Source of the DNA: an uncultured bacterium
GTDB lineage: Bacteria; Omnitrophota; Omnitrophia; Omnitrophales; Aquincolibacteriaceae
Length of the DNA: 64,000 nt
Reading direction: 5' to 3'
Assembly (NCBI GenBank): GCA_964385615.1
Contig: CAYLPP010000007.1
Coordinates: forward strand, 44,426-108,425
Below the pieces are notes generated by a model. That model had not been told where the DNA came from, made no database searches, and saw nothing but the letters and a program-made list of their open reading frames with translations. The position numbers and the translations under genes were made by a program. Shown in pieces: positions 31,701 to 43,700 of the stretch. Positions within the stretch are counted from its first letter, which is position 1. The number at the start of each line of letters is the position of its first letter.

Positions 31701-34700
31701 CATGGATCGCGTTGCTGTCGGCAGGCTTGAGAACCACTTTGCCGTCCAGCACGGTTTCCTTCATCCGAATGCCTTCCGTGTAGTAGAGACCCGTCAGGAA
31801 TGACTCAAATTCACGGAAAAACTTGAAGCCGAAAGTCGCACCCTCAGCCTTCAACAGCTCAATAGCTTTCTTATTAAAGAGAACCTTACCGTCTTGCGTA
31901 ATATGGAACGCCGCTTGGGAATTCAGGTTTTTGTCATCTTTGAAATCAGCAAATTTCTCGTCGAATTCCTTACCGTCTTCCACTTTCGTCAGCCGTTTTT
32001 CTTCGCCGACCAGTTCCAGAATGCGGTTCATGAATTCAAAACCGTTGCGGATGGTCGCGTCACCGGCAAACTGCGGGCGGGCGCCGTTGGCGATAATGGC
32101 TTTAATCTGCTGATAAGCGGAAATCTGGGCTTCGTCGACGATGGTCCGTGAAAATTTTGAGGCGATCGTTTCCAACAGTTCACGGGCAGCCACATTATCC
32201 CGGTTATTTTCAAGATGCGTCCGGCTGAACACGTCACTGACCAGCACCGCGTTAGGCTTGCTGTTAATCGCGTTTAAGAGGCCCGTAAAATCACTCTTAC
32301 CGTCTTTCAGGAAGGTATTCGCGTCAATGAAATCCACGCCCGCCGCACGGCCAACGACCTGGAAGCTGGCATTCATGTCGCCTTCTTTATGGGTTACATC
32401 TACATACTTAATCGAGCTATCCGGGCTTTCCAAGAGAAGCTGAACGCGTTTGCCCGGGTGATTCGCTTGATAGAAGATAGCGCCCAGAACCTGACCGCGG
32501 GACTTACCGATACCGGTACCGGCGGAAACGTCAAACCCATAATCCACGGCCAGGCCGATCATAAAGTTAGAATCACCGCGGCCGAACAAGTCTGAAGGCG
32601 GACGGTCCGTGCGGTCGCCCCGGCCTTCGCCAAAAACGTTACGCTTAGCTTCAGAACGGTTCAGAGATAATTCATAAATCGTGCCGAGCAGAACATAATT
32701 GAGCAGACGCTTGCTCGCGGACTTAAACCCTTCTGAGTTTTCATGAACTTCCATGGTTCTCTGCAATTCAGCCAGAGCCGGTTTAGCGCCTGAAGCCGCG
32801 GGATCGATCAAATCATTAATCACCGTTTCATTTCCGTCACGCACGGCTTTAGCCAAACGTTCAGCCTGTTCACCGGTCAACTTACCGAAAATATTGAACT
32901 TCGCCGCCAGGTGGAAACCCAGGCTGGCATCCGAAAGATTACCGCGGGCTCCCATCAGAGAATTGAAAATTTCAGTCGCCGCGCGGTTAAATTCAGCCGC
33001 GGCTTCCATTTTTTCGGCGTGAGTCGCGCTTTTGTTATCCAGAACGCTTCTAAACGCTTCAAGCGCGCCGTCGCTTTCCGTCAAACGGGAAACAAACGCG
33101 TCATAAAGTTCGCGGATCTGCTTACCAACCCCTTCCTTCCCTGTCTGCTCAAGAAGGTAGCTGTGCAGGAGGTCGGTCATCAGTTTTTTGGACGGATCCA
33201 CTTTTCCGACCAGCTGGGCCAGATCCGAATAAAGCTCCTTACGGCCCGATTGCCCGTTGGTCAATTCCGATTTGCGCAGACCGATTTCATTCTGCAAATT
33301 CAGCAGCTGTTCACGCAGAATCTGAACCTGCTTCTGTTTCGCTGAGCGTTCAGCATTGTATTCCGCGCGCTGATGGTCGAACCTGAAAACAAACCGCAGG
33401 AGATTCCAAAACCGGTCCGGATTCTTGGATTCGGTTCTCTGCAATTCCGCTTCCGCCTGCTTAACTTCGTTCAGCTTCGCGGCCGCCTGTTCATTCAAAC
33501 GGGCCAGATCCTCATTGGTGCTTTCCCGCGCGTCAAGAGACGCATCTTCGACTTTTTCACTCTTGGCAAGATCAAGCGTATTGATCAGGTTCTCAGCCGC
33601 GGGCTGGAGGCTCTTGTATTCCGCCTCTGAAAGCTTAATCACTACGCGCTCGCCGTTAATCGTGACGCCGAAATAATGATCTCCCTTCCCCGTCTTCGCC
33701 GCTTCAATAATCTGTTCGGCAAACGCGCGGGCCCGGGCTCTTTGTTCCATCTTCTCCTGGGCTTTTTTGTACGCTTGAGATTCTTGTCTGTAGGAAAGCT
33801 TCCCGTCTTTATTTCCGGCTTCAGCCTTAATTTCAGCCAAAACTTCACGCTCAATCTGAGCGTCACTCTTGTAGGCTTCTTTGAAAAGGGCTTCGAGGTA
33901 TTTCGCGCCGGCAGCACCCTGCTTGACCATTGCCGGATCCCCCATCGAGAAGTGTTCCACGCCCGCGCCGGAGTGAAGGGTGAAATGACCGGCTCTTCCG
34001 CCAAGTTCAGGCACAATACCCAGACGCGCGAATTCCGCGTTCAAGGCTTCAAGAGCTTCCACCCCGCGCGCCGCGCCCGTGCATCCCGCCGCGCAAACGA
34101 AGTGATTCGCTTCTTCCCAAAGAAGGAGGGTGTTTGAATCCAAACGCTCAATGCCTCTGAAAACTTCAACCGCGGACTCAATAAAAGCGTCCGCGTTATC
34201 CCGGCCGGCCTCGGTTCTCTCAAAAATCTCGCTTAATTTTTCAAACTGCACCTGGGCTTTGCTTTTCCCCGCAGGCACAGTCACGTCTTTGCCGTAGATC
34301 ACGTCAGCGATATCGATAATGTCTTCCATGCCCAGATTGGCTGAATCCAGCTTCTGAGACAATTTCACGATAATGTCCTGGCTGATATCCGATTCACCGC
34401 CGATTCTCCGGCGGGTTTCTAAATGAATTTCAGCCGTCCGAAGATGGTTCATGGCCGTTTCCATGTGACTGCCGTAAAATTCCGCCATCGTCCGAAGAGC
34501 CCCGCCGTCCGCGGTTGAAATTTCAGACAAGGCGCGCTTGCCCGCGCGGATGGATGAGGCCCAATCCATGGCCGTCTGAATGAATTCCGCCTTAAAGGTC
34601 TCGATATCGGATCCTTTCGCGATCGGCTTACCATTGAAAGAGCCGGATTCCCAGGCTTGTGTCGCGGAAATATCCGCGTAGCGCCCGGCGGCTTCAGTCC

Positions 34701-37700
34701 AGATATCGTTGAAATCGAGAATCAAACCGTCATTATTCCAAAGCTCACTGCGCTTACCGTTTTCACGAATACCCAGAATGTCCGCCAGCGCCTGTTTTTC
34801 AGCGACCTTGCCTCCGCCGAATTTCTGATTGGTGAACGCGCCCAGGTAAATCGCGATAATATCTCCCTTTTCAATTCCCCAGACTTCTTTCACTCCATCC
34901 AGAACATTCTGATTGCGGAAACGGATCTTTTCGCCCGTCTTCGGATTAGTTTTTTCAATCACCAGATTCAAACGTCCCTTGGCCGGGGCTTTTTGCCAGG
35001 TGATCCAGCTCTTCAGAGTTCCGGCAAGGCCCGGACCCGGAAGGTCGACTTCCATCGAATCCTGACGATTACGGAGCGCTGAGATGAAAGCGCCTTCATG
35101 AGAACGGGTGGTCAAAATATGACGGATCAGGTAACTGCGTAAGCGTGATCCGGCGCTGCCCATATCGGAGAAGAAATCTTTCGGACCGGCGGCGGCCTCA
35201 GTGCTTTCAGGAGCTTTTTCCTTACCCGTTGAAGCCTCCGCTTTCGCCGGAGCCTGCTTCGCGGGAGCATTCGCGGCCTGACGAAATACCGGTTCACCTT
35301 CAACAGGTGACGTCGAAGCGGGTTCTTTTCCGCTCATCACGGCATCCACGGCATCTTTAAGTTCACTGCGCCGGCGCGCGATATCCGCTTTCGAACCCGC
35401 GAATTCGGCCCCGCGTCCGACAAACGGCAGACCGCCGGAAAGCCCAGCTTTCGCCGCCGCCTCTTCCTTCGCCGCGAGGCTTTCTTTCGCGTTTGAAAGT
35501 TCACGGGATTTGGCCAGAAGGGCTTCCACTTTTTCCTGAGACAATCCGGCAAGTTTCGCCAGAACATTGATCAGATTCTCACGGGCCTGCTCAATGCGTT
35601 CCGCGCGTTCCTGGCGGGTGCCCGTAGTATCGGCAAGCGCGCGCCGGTAAGCATCCCGAGCCTGGACCGCTATTTCATATTGAGCATCAACACGATTCGT
35701 TCCACCGGCCACATCTGTGGTAGTAGATTCCGTTTCCAGCTGTTTCCAAGCCGCGTCACTCGCGGGAACGTCCTCACCCAGAATTTCTTCTTCAATGACT
35801 TTTCTGGCGGTTTGACCCTGACTGCTCTCCGATTGCTCTTTAACCGCCTGCGGGCTATCCTCTTTCAGCAGAGTCTCAGCACTGCCGGTTTCTCTCAATT
35901 GTTTTGCGATCAGACGGGCCCGCGCGGCTCCCGCGAAATCACCCTGCTGATAACGCTCCGCGGCTTTCGCGTCATACTCATCCGCTAAAATCTTCGCTTC
36001 CGTCCGGCGCTGAAGTTCCTTTGCCTCATTAATCTTTTTCTTCAAGGCGCCTGAAGTCGATTCCGCGGTGTTAGAACTCCAAACCTGGGTATCTTTACCT
36101 TCTTCACGGAAAGGAGCCACGAGACCTTCCGCGACTTCAAGAAGCCGGAGCGCGCCCTCAAGATCTCCGCGGCTGAACGCGTCCCGAGCGGCCTCAAGTT
36201 TTTTCTTGCCGGCGGCTTCCGCTTCAGCGGCAAACTGCTTGCGGAACTGCTTCACACCCATTGAATTTGAAATCGTCATTTCAACGCCGTCAAGACCTGT
36301 CACCTTAATACTGCCCATCTCGCCGATTTCGGCCAGAAGCGCTTCGGCGCTGGTCAGAAGATCCAGGAATTCCTGAAGTCCTTCCTCTTTCCCATTGCCG
36401 GACTTCCACAGTTCCACCGCGCGCTGAAGCTTGGTCTGCGCGTATTCTCTCTTGACGATATCTCCCGATTTCGCCAAATCAACTTCGTAACCCTGAACCT
36501 TGACGCGAGGCTGGCCGTTCTTGGTGCTGACGGCTTCATTCATTAAATCCTGTGCTTCCTTATAGAACTTGAGTTTATCAGCGGAGGTCGTCGCGCTGCG
36601 GGCCTTGGCCAATGCGGCCTGCGCCTGTTCATACTTGGTGACCTGGGTATGCGCGGCTTCATTCTGCTGAACCTTTTCAGACTGGGCCCGGCGGTAAGCG
36701 CCCAAATCGACCGCGTCTTTACCCGGAACTTCGACAGAGTCAAATTTTCCGCCCTGCGCGGCTTCGCCCGCGAGCCTTTCAGCTTCCGCGTATTTCTGCG
36801 CGGCCGTCTGATAGTCACCGGCTTCTTCGGCCTGTTCGGCTTCCTGGCGGAGCTGTTCAGCACGTTTGAAGGAGCTCTCGCTTTTCTGCCGGGCAATTCC
36901 AAGTTCTTTCTGACGGGTCACTTCAGCAACGATCGCTTCACGAGTCACTAAAATTCTTACACCGTTTACCGTTATTTCCACGACTCCGGTCCGGGAAGCC
37001 GCAGATTCAAGGGCTTGAAGCTCAGCCGAAGACTGCTTCTTCAGGTGCTCCGTCGCAAGATCATTGCGCCGGGCGACTTCAGCATCCACCGCTTCTTTGG
37101 AAATAACGACTTCTTCCCCGTTAACCACCCGGCGCGTTTCATTTTTGAATCCGTTGTGAGTGCCAGCGGTTTCCGCTTCATAAGCGGCCATTTCAAGTTC
37201 TTCCGGCGTCATATCCCGAAGAATTTCAGATTCACGGGTCACGACAGGCGCCTTCGCGGATTTCGGAGCCGGCGCGGTTGCCGTTGAAGGCGTTCCTTCC
37301 GGACCATCCACAACCTCGGAACGTTCACCTGAAATCCGGTCACCCTTCGCGGGCTCAACATTGTTCAGTTTGTCGAGAATTTCCTGAGTGGTCATACCGG
37401 TTTCAGCCAGGAATTCAAAAACACCGGACTCATTAAATTTATAAGCCGCCAGGTCGCCGAATTTCTCAATATTGATACCGGCCAATTCCGCGGCCTGCGC
37501 GAAAGTCAGCTGTCCCATTTCACGGACCAGCGCGGCCGCGCTTTTTCCGGGATTTGAAGCGCGATGAATCCGGAAGACAAGAACCATTTCCGCGCCGATC
37601 TGAATGGTTCCGCCGTTTTTAAGTTTGATGGTCAGCGGTCCACGGGTGCCGTTCTGCAGTTCGCGGGCCAAAATCTCAAGTTCCGCATGGGTCATTTTCG

Positions 37701-40700
37701 CAAGCGCTTCAAAACCTTCCCGCACGCCCGCGCCCGCGCGCAGTAATTTAAAAATGTCGTCAGCCTTCACGCCCTGAGCTTCCAGCGTGAAGCGCACTTT
37801 CATGGCGGCTAAACGTTCGGCGGCGTTCAGGTATAAGGCGGCAGGCGTATCTCCGTGAGCGCCAAGAACATCCATGAGGAAGAAAATATCGTAATTCTCA
37901 GCCAAATATTTGGCGACCTGCTCCTGATGATCCAAAGTAGCCGTTTTACGCCGGCCATACTCTGTTTTAACCAGTGAAGAAGGAATCAATTCAAAAACGC
38001 CGGGCTTCGTTTCGACCCAGATCATTTCATGGCCGTCCACGTTTTCACGCGTTCCTTCCGTCAAAGCCTCCTCTAAGGTTTCCGTTGAGCTCTCTAAGAC
38101 AGCCGTTTCTTCCGCGGCCCGGTTCGAACGTGATCTCCAGGACTGGAGTTCAGAAAGAGCCGAAGCTTCATGTCCGGTGGGCGGAGGCAGATTCGCGAGA
38201 TCCGCTTCGCTCATGGAATTCAGACGGTCCAGAGCCGCGCGGTAACGGGCGGCGAACTTTTCATTTTCAGCCCGTGTTTTCTCAGGATTCTGCTGACGGC
38301 GGGCCCGTTCACGGCTGATATCTTCCTTACGGACCTCAATATTTTCTCCGAAATATTTACGGTTAACACCGTCCCGGTCTTTCTGAGAACGCGATTCTTT
38401 TTCCAGGCGGTCCAATTTCCCTTCACTCTGAGTCTCAAGGAAACGGCGGACGCGTTCACGGCGGATCGCTTCACGCGACACCAGCATTCTCTCACCCCGT
38501 GAATTACGCACCCAGACATAACCGTTCGGACCGTCGTGAGCGGGATGAGAATCGATCCGGGTCAGCTCTCCGTGCGACAACTCACCAAGGAATTCTCCCT
38601 GAAGCCGTTCCAATTCCGCTCTCGCGGCTTCTGGAGAAATTTCATAACCTTCAGAAGTCACGTTCTTAGGCCCATCCTTAGTACCGTCGGCAGGTTTCTC
38701 GTTGGCAATCCGGTGAAGTTCAACAAGCCCCGCGTCGCCCCGTTCGGAGGTCCGCCGGGCGGCATCCGCTTCTTTGGCTTTGCGCGCTTCTCTCGCAAGA
38801 TCCTTGGACACGTCAGGATGCTTTCCGCCCTGTTCAATTTCTGAAAGTTCCCGATGCGTCAGGTCCAGAGCGCTCCGGCCTTCGGGACGGCGGGCAATTT
38901 CATCACGGATAGCCTGACGCTGTGCCGGATCCGTCGTTTTATTCAGCAGTTCGAAAAGTTCCGTGGTGTTACGTCCGGCCAGCGCGGCATGCTCATCCGA
39001 AACTTCCGGCGATTCCTTAAATTCCTTGCCGGGCTCAACATTCGCTTCCGCTTCACTGACCGCTTTCTTGGCCATTTGCTTCGGATTCATGTGCTGAGGA
39101 AGCATCATGAAAAGTAAATCCTGCGCGAGCATATGCATCTGCTCTTCACTCAGGTGGGTCCAGCCGATCATGTTCGTAAAGCGCAGAATCGGCATCGTCA
39201 GATTTTCACTCAGTATCGGCATCAATTCCATCACCGCCCATGAAGAGCTCAGGAAATAAGCGGGATTCGTCAGCGGGTTAAGCGCGTGGGCGAGAATATG
39301 GTTATTTCTCATGAACCGGGCAACCGTTGACGGCCGGAGACCGAAGATGCTGAGGAAACTGGTAATACCCACCTCAGAAAAGACCTGAGCGCGTCTCTGC
39401 GTCGCGCCGGCAACGATATTTTCAATCCACTTGGCCGGACCCGCAAGCAGATCCTTAATCAAGCTTTCACCCGTGCTCCCCACTTTTTGCATTCCCGTGT
39501 TTCCGAAGACCGCGAGCGCCGGGCCCATGCGCACGCCCATCCAGAAAGCGCCGACTACGCCTTCACCGGCTTCTTCATCCAATTTTTCATCGCCGTGTTC
39601 AGCCCGCTGTTCACGCATGGACAAATGCGATTTGGAGCCGAACCAGAATGAGCGTTTGAAAGGACTTTCGCCTTTGATCAGGATGCGCATCGCGATATCA
39701 AACTGCGCCCACTGAAGACCGGTAACAATCCCCTTCTCTCCAAAAACCAGCGTGATGTTCCAAAGCTTGGCAAAAAATCCTTTGTACTGACTGCCGAACA
39801 TAAACCGGTGAACCCACAATTCCGCGTCTTTCGCCGCTTCGCGGGACACGAACACCTGAGCGTTTTTAGCGATATTCGAAAAATCCATCCATTTTCCGAA
39901 TCCCTTGGATGGATCCTTGTTAATCAGCGCGAATGCCTTGGTCAGGAAAAGCCTCATCACACCGACACCGAGGATAATCAGACCGAAATAGAAGAACATA
40001 CTGGCCATCGTGCCTTCTTTACTGCTCTTGTATCCGCCCAACAGGTACCCGGTAAGAGTCGCGCCCGCGCCGACACCCAAAATGATGGAGGTCAAAGTAA
40101 CTGAGGCGATCTGGCTCTGAACTTCAGCCTGAAGAGCTCCTTCAATCGGTTTGGGGAACGCGCGGGCCAGAGCCGTATGTATCAAAACCATAATCGCAGC
40201 GGCAATCAGCACGCCAAGCACTGTCGCCGCGATATCACGCATCGCGTCATTGCCTGTGTAACCCGCGTAAAGATAAACACCGAACGCAGTGCCGAGCGCG
40301 AAACTCGATCCAAGAATCTTCACAGCTTGCCCCGTGCGAAGCATGATACCGCCCGCCATGAAACGAAGGGCGATGCTCAGGCCAAAAGCCAGCATCAACC
40401 CAGCGCCCGCGGCTTTTAAGAATTCATTGCCCGTCTTATCGCCATACCAGTAAAGAGCGGTAGAAACCGCGAACCCGCCGGTCAAATACATCATCAGGCG
40501 GAAATTTTGGAGCATGAATTTCTTCGCGCTTTCACGCACGGTTGATAAAACATAGTTCTTAAAGAACGATGACGCGAGACGGCTAAAGATAACCACGCCG
40601 ATAATAACCCCAATCACGACCGCCGTAGCTTCAAGAACACCCCGGACCTGCTCAAAGACCTCCGCGGTAATTCCAAACACATCCAGGATGACACTTTTCA

Positions 40701-43700
40701 CGGCGGCTCCGACAACGCTTGCAATCGATGAAACCAGGGTTATAAAATTCGAAACCGCGGTCACGACTGTCTGCACAATCGGCGCGATAAAGGCCTTATA
40801 CACCTCAACCACGACCCGGCCAACGATATAAGCGGCGACCGCCACTACAGTCACTGCGGCAAGCGCGTAACCCGCCAGTGAAACCAGTGAAACGATTTTG
40901 CTGATCAAAGTCTTAGCATGCCAATTGGCGAAACCAAGACCGGTCAAAAAGTTGGAAGAAGCCGCGAGACGGTTCATCAAATTTCCGAAAGAACCTTTCA
41001 GGAAATTCCGGTATTGAATGCGCCAGAAAGCGGCGGTATGCAGAAGCGAGCGCTGAACCGCTTTCGGCAGGAAAACCCAGACGCCGGCCAGCGGTGAAAG
41101 CACAACCTGGCCTACCCCATAAACCAGCTGAACCGCGCCGAGCGCGATCGAACGCGCCACCCCGGCAAACCCTGTCCCCAGGCCGACTACAATGTTCCGG
41201 ATGCCGGTCGCGAAAATTTGAGCGCCGGTCGCATTGGCGCCCGCGTGGAAAAGAAGTTTACCGACGGCGGAAGTTCCAACCCCCCTGACCATAACTCCTG
41301 TGAAAGCCGCTCTCAGAATAAACGCGGACCCGATAATCAGGAACGCGGCCAGCCCGATGCCTTTAAGGATGTCACTATCCAGGAGATGACCGATAACGGC
41401 CACCGCGAGCGCGGCCGTAAGACTCGCCGCCCAGGCGTTTCGGACAAGGAAAGCTCCAACGTGGTAAACCGCGAAAACAGGCGCCGTCACCAGCACAGCG
41501 AAAACGCGTCCAATCACGCTCTTGGGCACCCATCCGCCGAACAGGAGTTTCATAAAACCATTTTGAGCGGCGAATTTTTGAAGCGGCAAAATAACATTTT
41601 TGAAAATCCAGGTGCCAATAACTTTCAAGACCGCCAGGGCGCGGGTACCGAGGGCGACCATGGCCGGAATGATTCTGGGGCCCAGGATCACCAACGCGAC
41701 CGTGATAAAAATCTGAGTTAACCCGACAAGCAGGGGCGGTACCAAAACCGCGGTCATGGCAATAAAGGAGCTGATCCGGAAAACACTGCCGAGAATCGAA
41801 GTAAACGCGGCGGTCGGCGCCCATCCTGTGAAAAAGATGGCCATATAGCTCTTCAGCAGGTCCTTAACTCCCACTGGGAACGTCGTGGTAAACACTTCAA
41901 CCGCGAACGCGGCAATCACGCGCGCCGCCCCAACAATCGCCCGGATAACAAAAGGCGCCGCGACAACCAAAAGGACGGCAACCGCGACCGCGGCTAAAAC
42001 GGCAACCGCGACCCCCACGGTTCCGGCAATCGCGAAGAAGACACCGACCGAGACTGCCGTGATTACACTTATCGTCGCGACAAAGGCGGTCACGATTAAA
42101 ATCTGTGTCACCAAACCGTGCGCCGCGAAACCCGTAAAGAACGTGTTAAAGAACTTAAGTGCCGTATTTTTAAAGAACGTGGCAATTTTCGTTACGGCAA
42201 AAATAGCGGCGTTCAGCAGCTGCATTCCGCCGTTAGCCGCCATAAGAGCAAGACCGGCGATCACCTGCCCGAAACCGTAGAAAATTTGCACAAGAGCCAT
42301 TCCGACACTCTTGACGCTGCCCCAGATCGCCGTTTGGAAGACAGCCTTGAAAACCGTAACGACTCCCCTTACCGCCATCGCCGCCATGGCAGTGATGGCC
42401 GCGGGAATTTTAACGAAAATAAACCGGAGAGCCGCGCCGACGTTAAACATGACAATCGACGTGGCTGAAAGCATGGCCAGGAAGAGGCCGTCCACAAACG
42501 CCGAGGCTTTATCCTTTTCATTTCCAGTCGCCAGACTGAACCCGCTTCCAAAAATCTCAAAAGGCACCAGAAGAATTCCACCGACCATCTGAACGCCCAT
42601 GACCACGTATTTACCAATGGAGGTTTCCGCGATGCTCGAGAGAAGGCCTTTCAGGCCTGTCACTTCGAGAACCACGATAAGCGCCGCTACAAACAACCTG
42701 GCGATCCCTGACACAAGATTTTTAACGAAACGGCCGAAGGCATTATCGAGGACCGATTCATAAAGCATGCCGGTCACAAAACCCGCGGTATAAAGAATCG
42801 TTCCTATAATGGCCGCCTTGGCCACAAAAGTCAGCTGAGCCACAATAATCGCGCTGGCCAACTGCGCCGCGGTCAAACTCGCCACAGCACCCGTCGCGCC
42901 GGAAGCCGCGCCCGCGGCAGCAGCACTGCCGCCGCCGCCCAAACCACCGCCCGCCGTTAACTGCGCCGCCGCCGCAATAATACCGATCGCCATGACGGCA
43001 ACACCAATCGCCTTGATCGTATCGCTGCCCACCGCGTAACCAATTCCGACAATCGCCAAACCCACCAGGACAAAAAACGCGGCGCCGGCTAACACAGCGG
43101 CCGTCACGCTAGTCGTCGCGATTCCCAACCCCGCGAGAATCGCCGTTCCGACACCCGCGGTGAAAACCGTAATCGCGATCACAAGCGCGATCACTAAAAC
43201 AACCGCCGCGACCTTCGCGATCACCGGCAAACTGCTCCACCATGTTTTGAAGTCGGTCACGATAATCTGAGCGACGCTCGTCTTGGAGTATTGGCTCATC
43301 TGCATGACACCGCGCGCATCCGCCGTGAAACCTTTCGACTCCAGCTCCGTACTGGCGCCAAAAATCCACTTAGAAACAAAACGGTCTTCCGACTTGCTCT
43401 TGACGGTACCGTCGGCTTTGTAAGTCCAGGTCATACGGGTTTCGTCGCTGGGCTTGCCGATGCGGATATCAATCAGGCGGCCGAATTTATCCACCTGAAT
43501 ATAGGTGCGGTCCGTTTCATCCTGCTTGTACTGATTGATTTTCATGGCATCAACCAGATTTCCGTCTTTATCAAACGTAAACGAGTGCGTCTGGCCCGGC
43601 ATCCGTTTAACGTCAGCCATGTCAATTTCCCCATGACCGCGGACCGTGAATCTCCTGACCGTGCCGGGCCGGTTCAAATAAAATTCAATACTGCTGAAAC

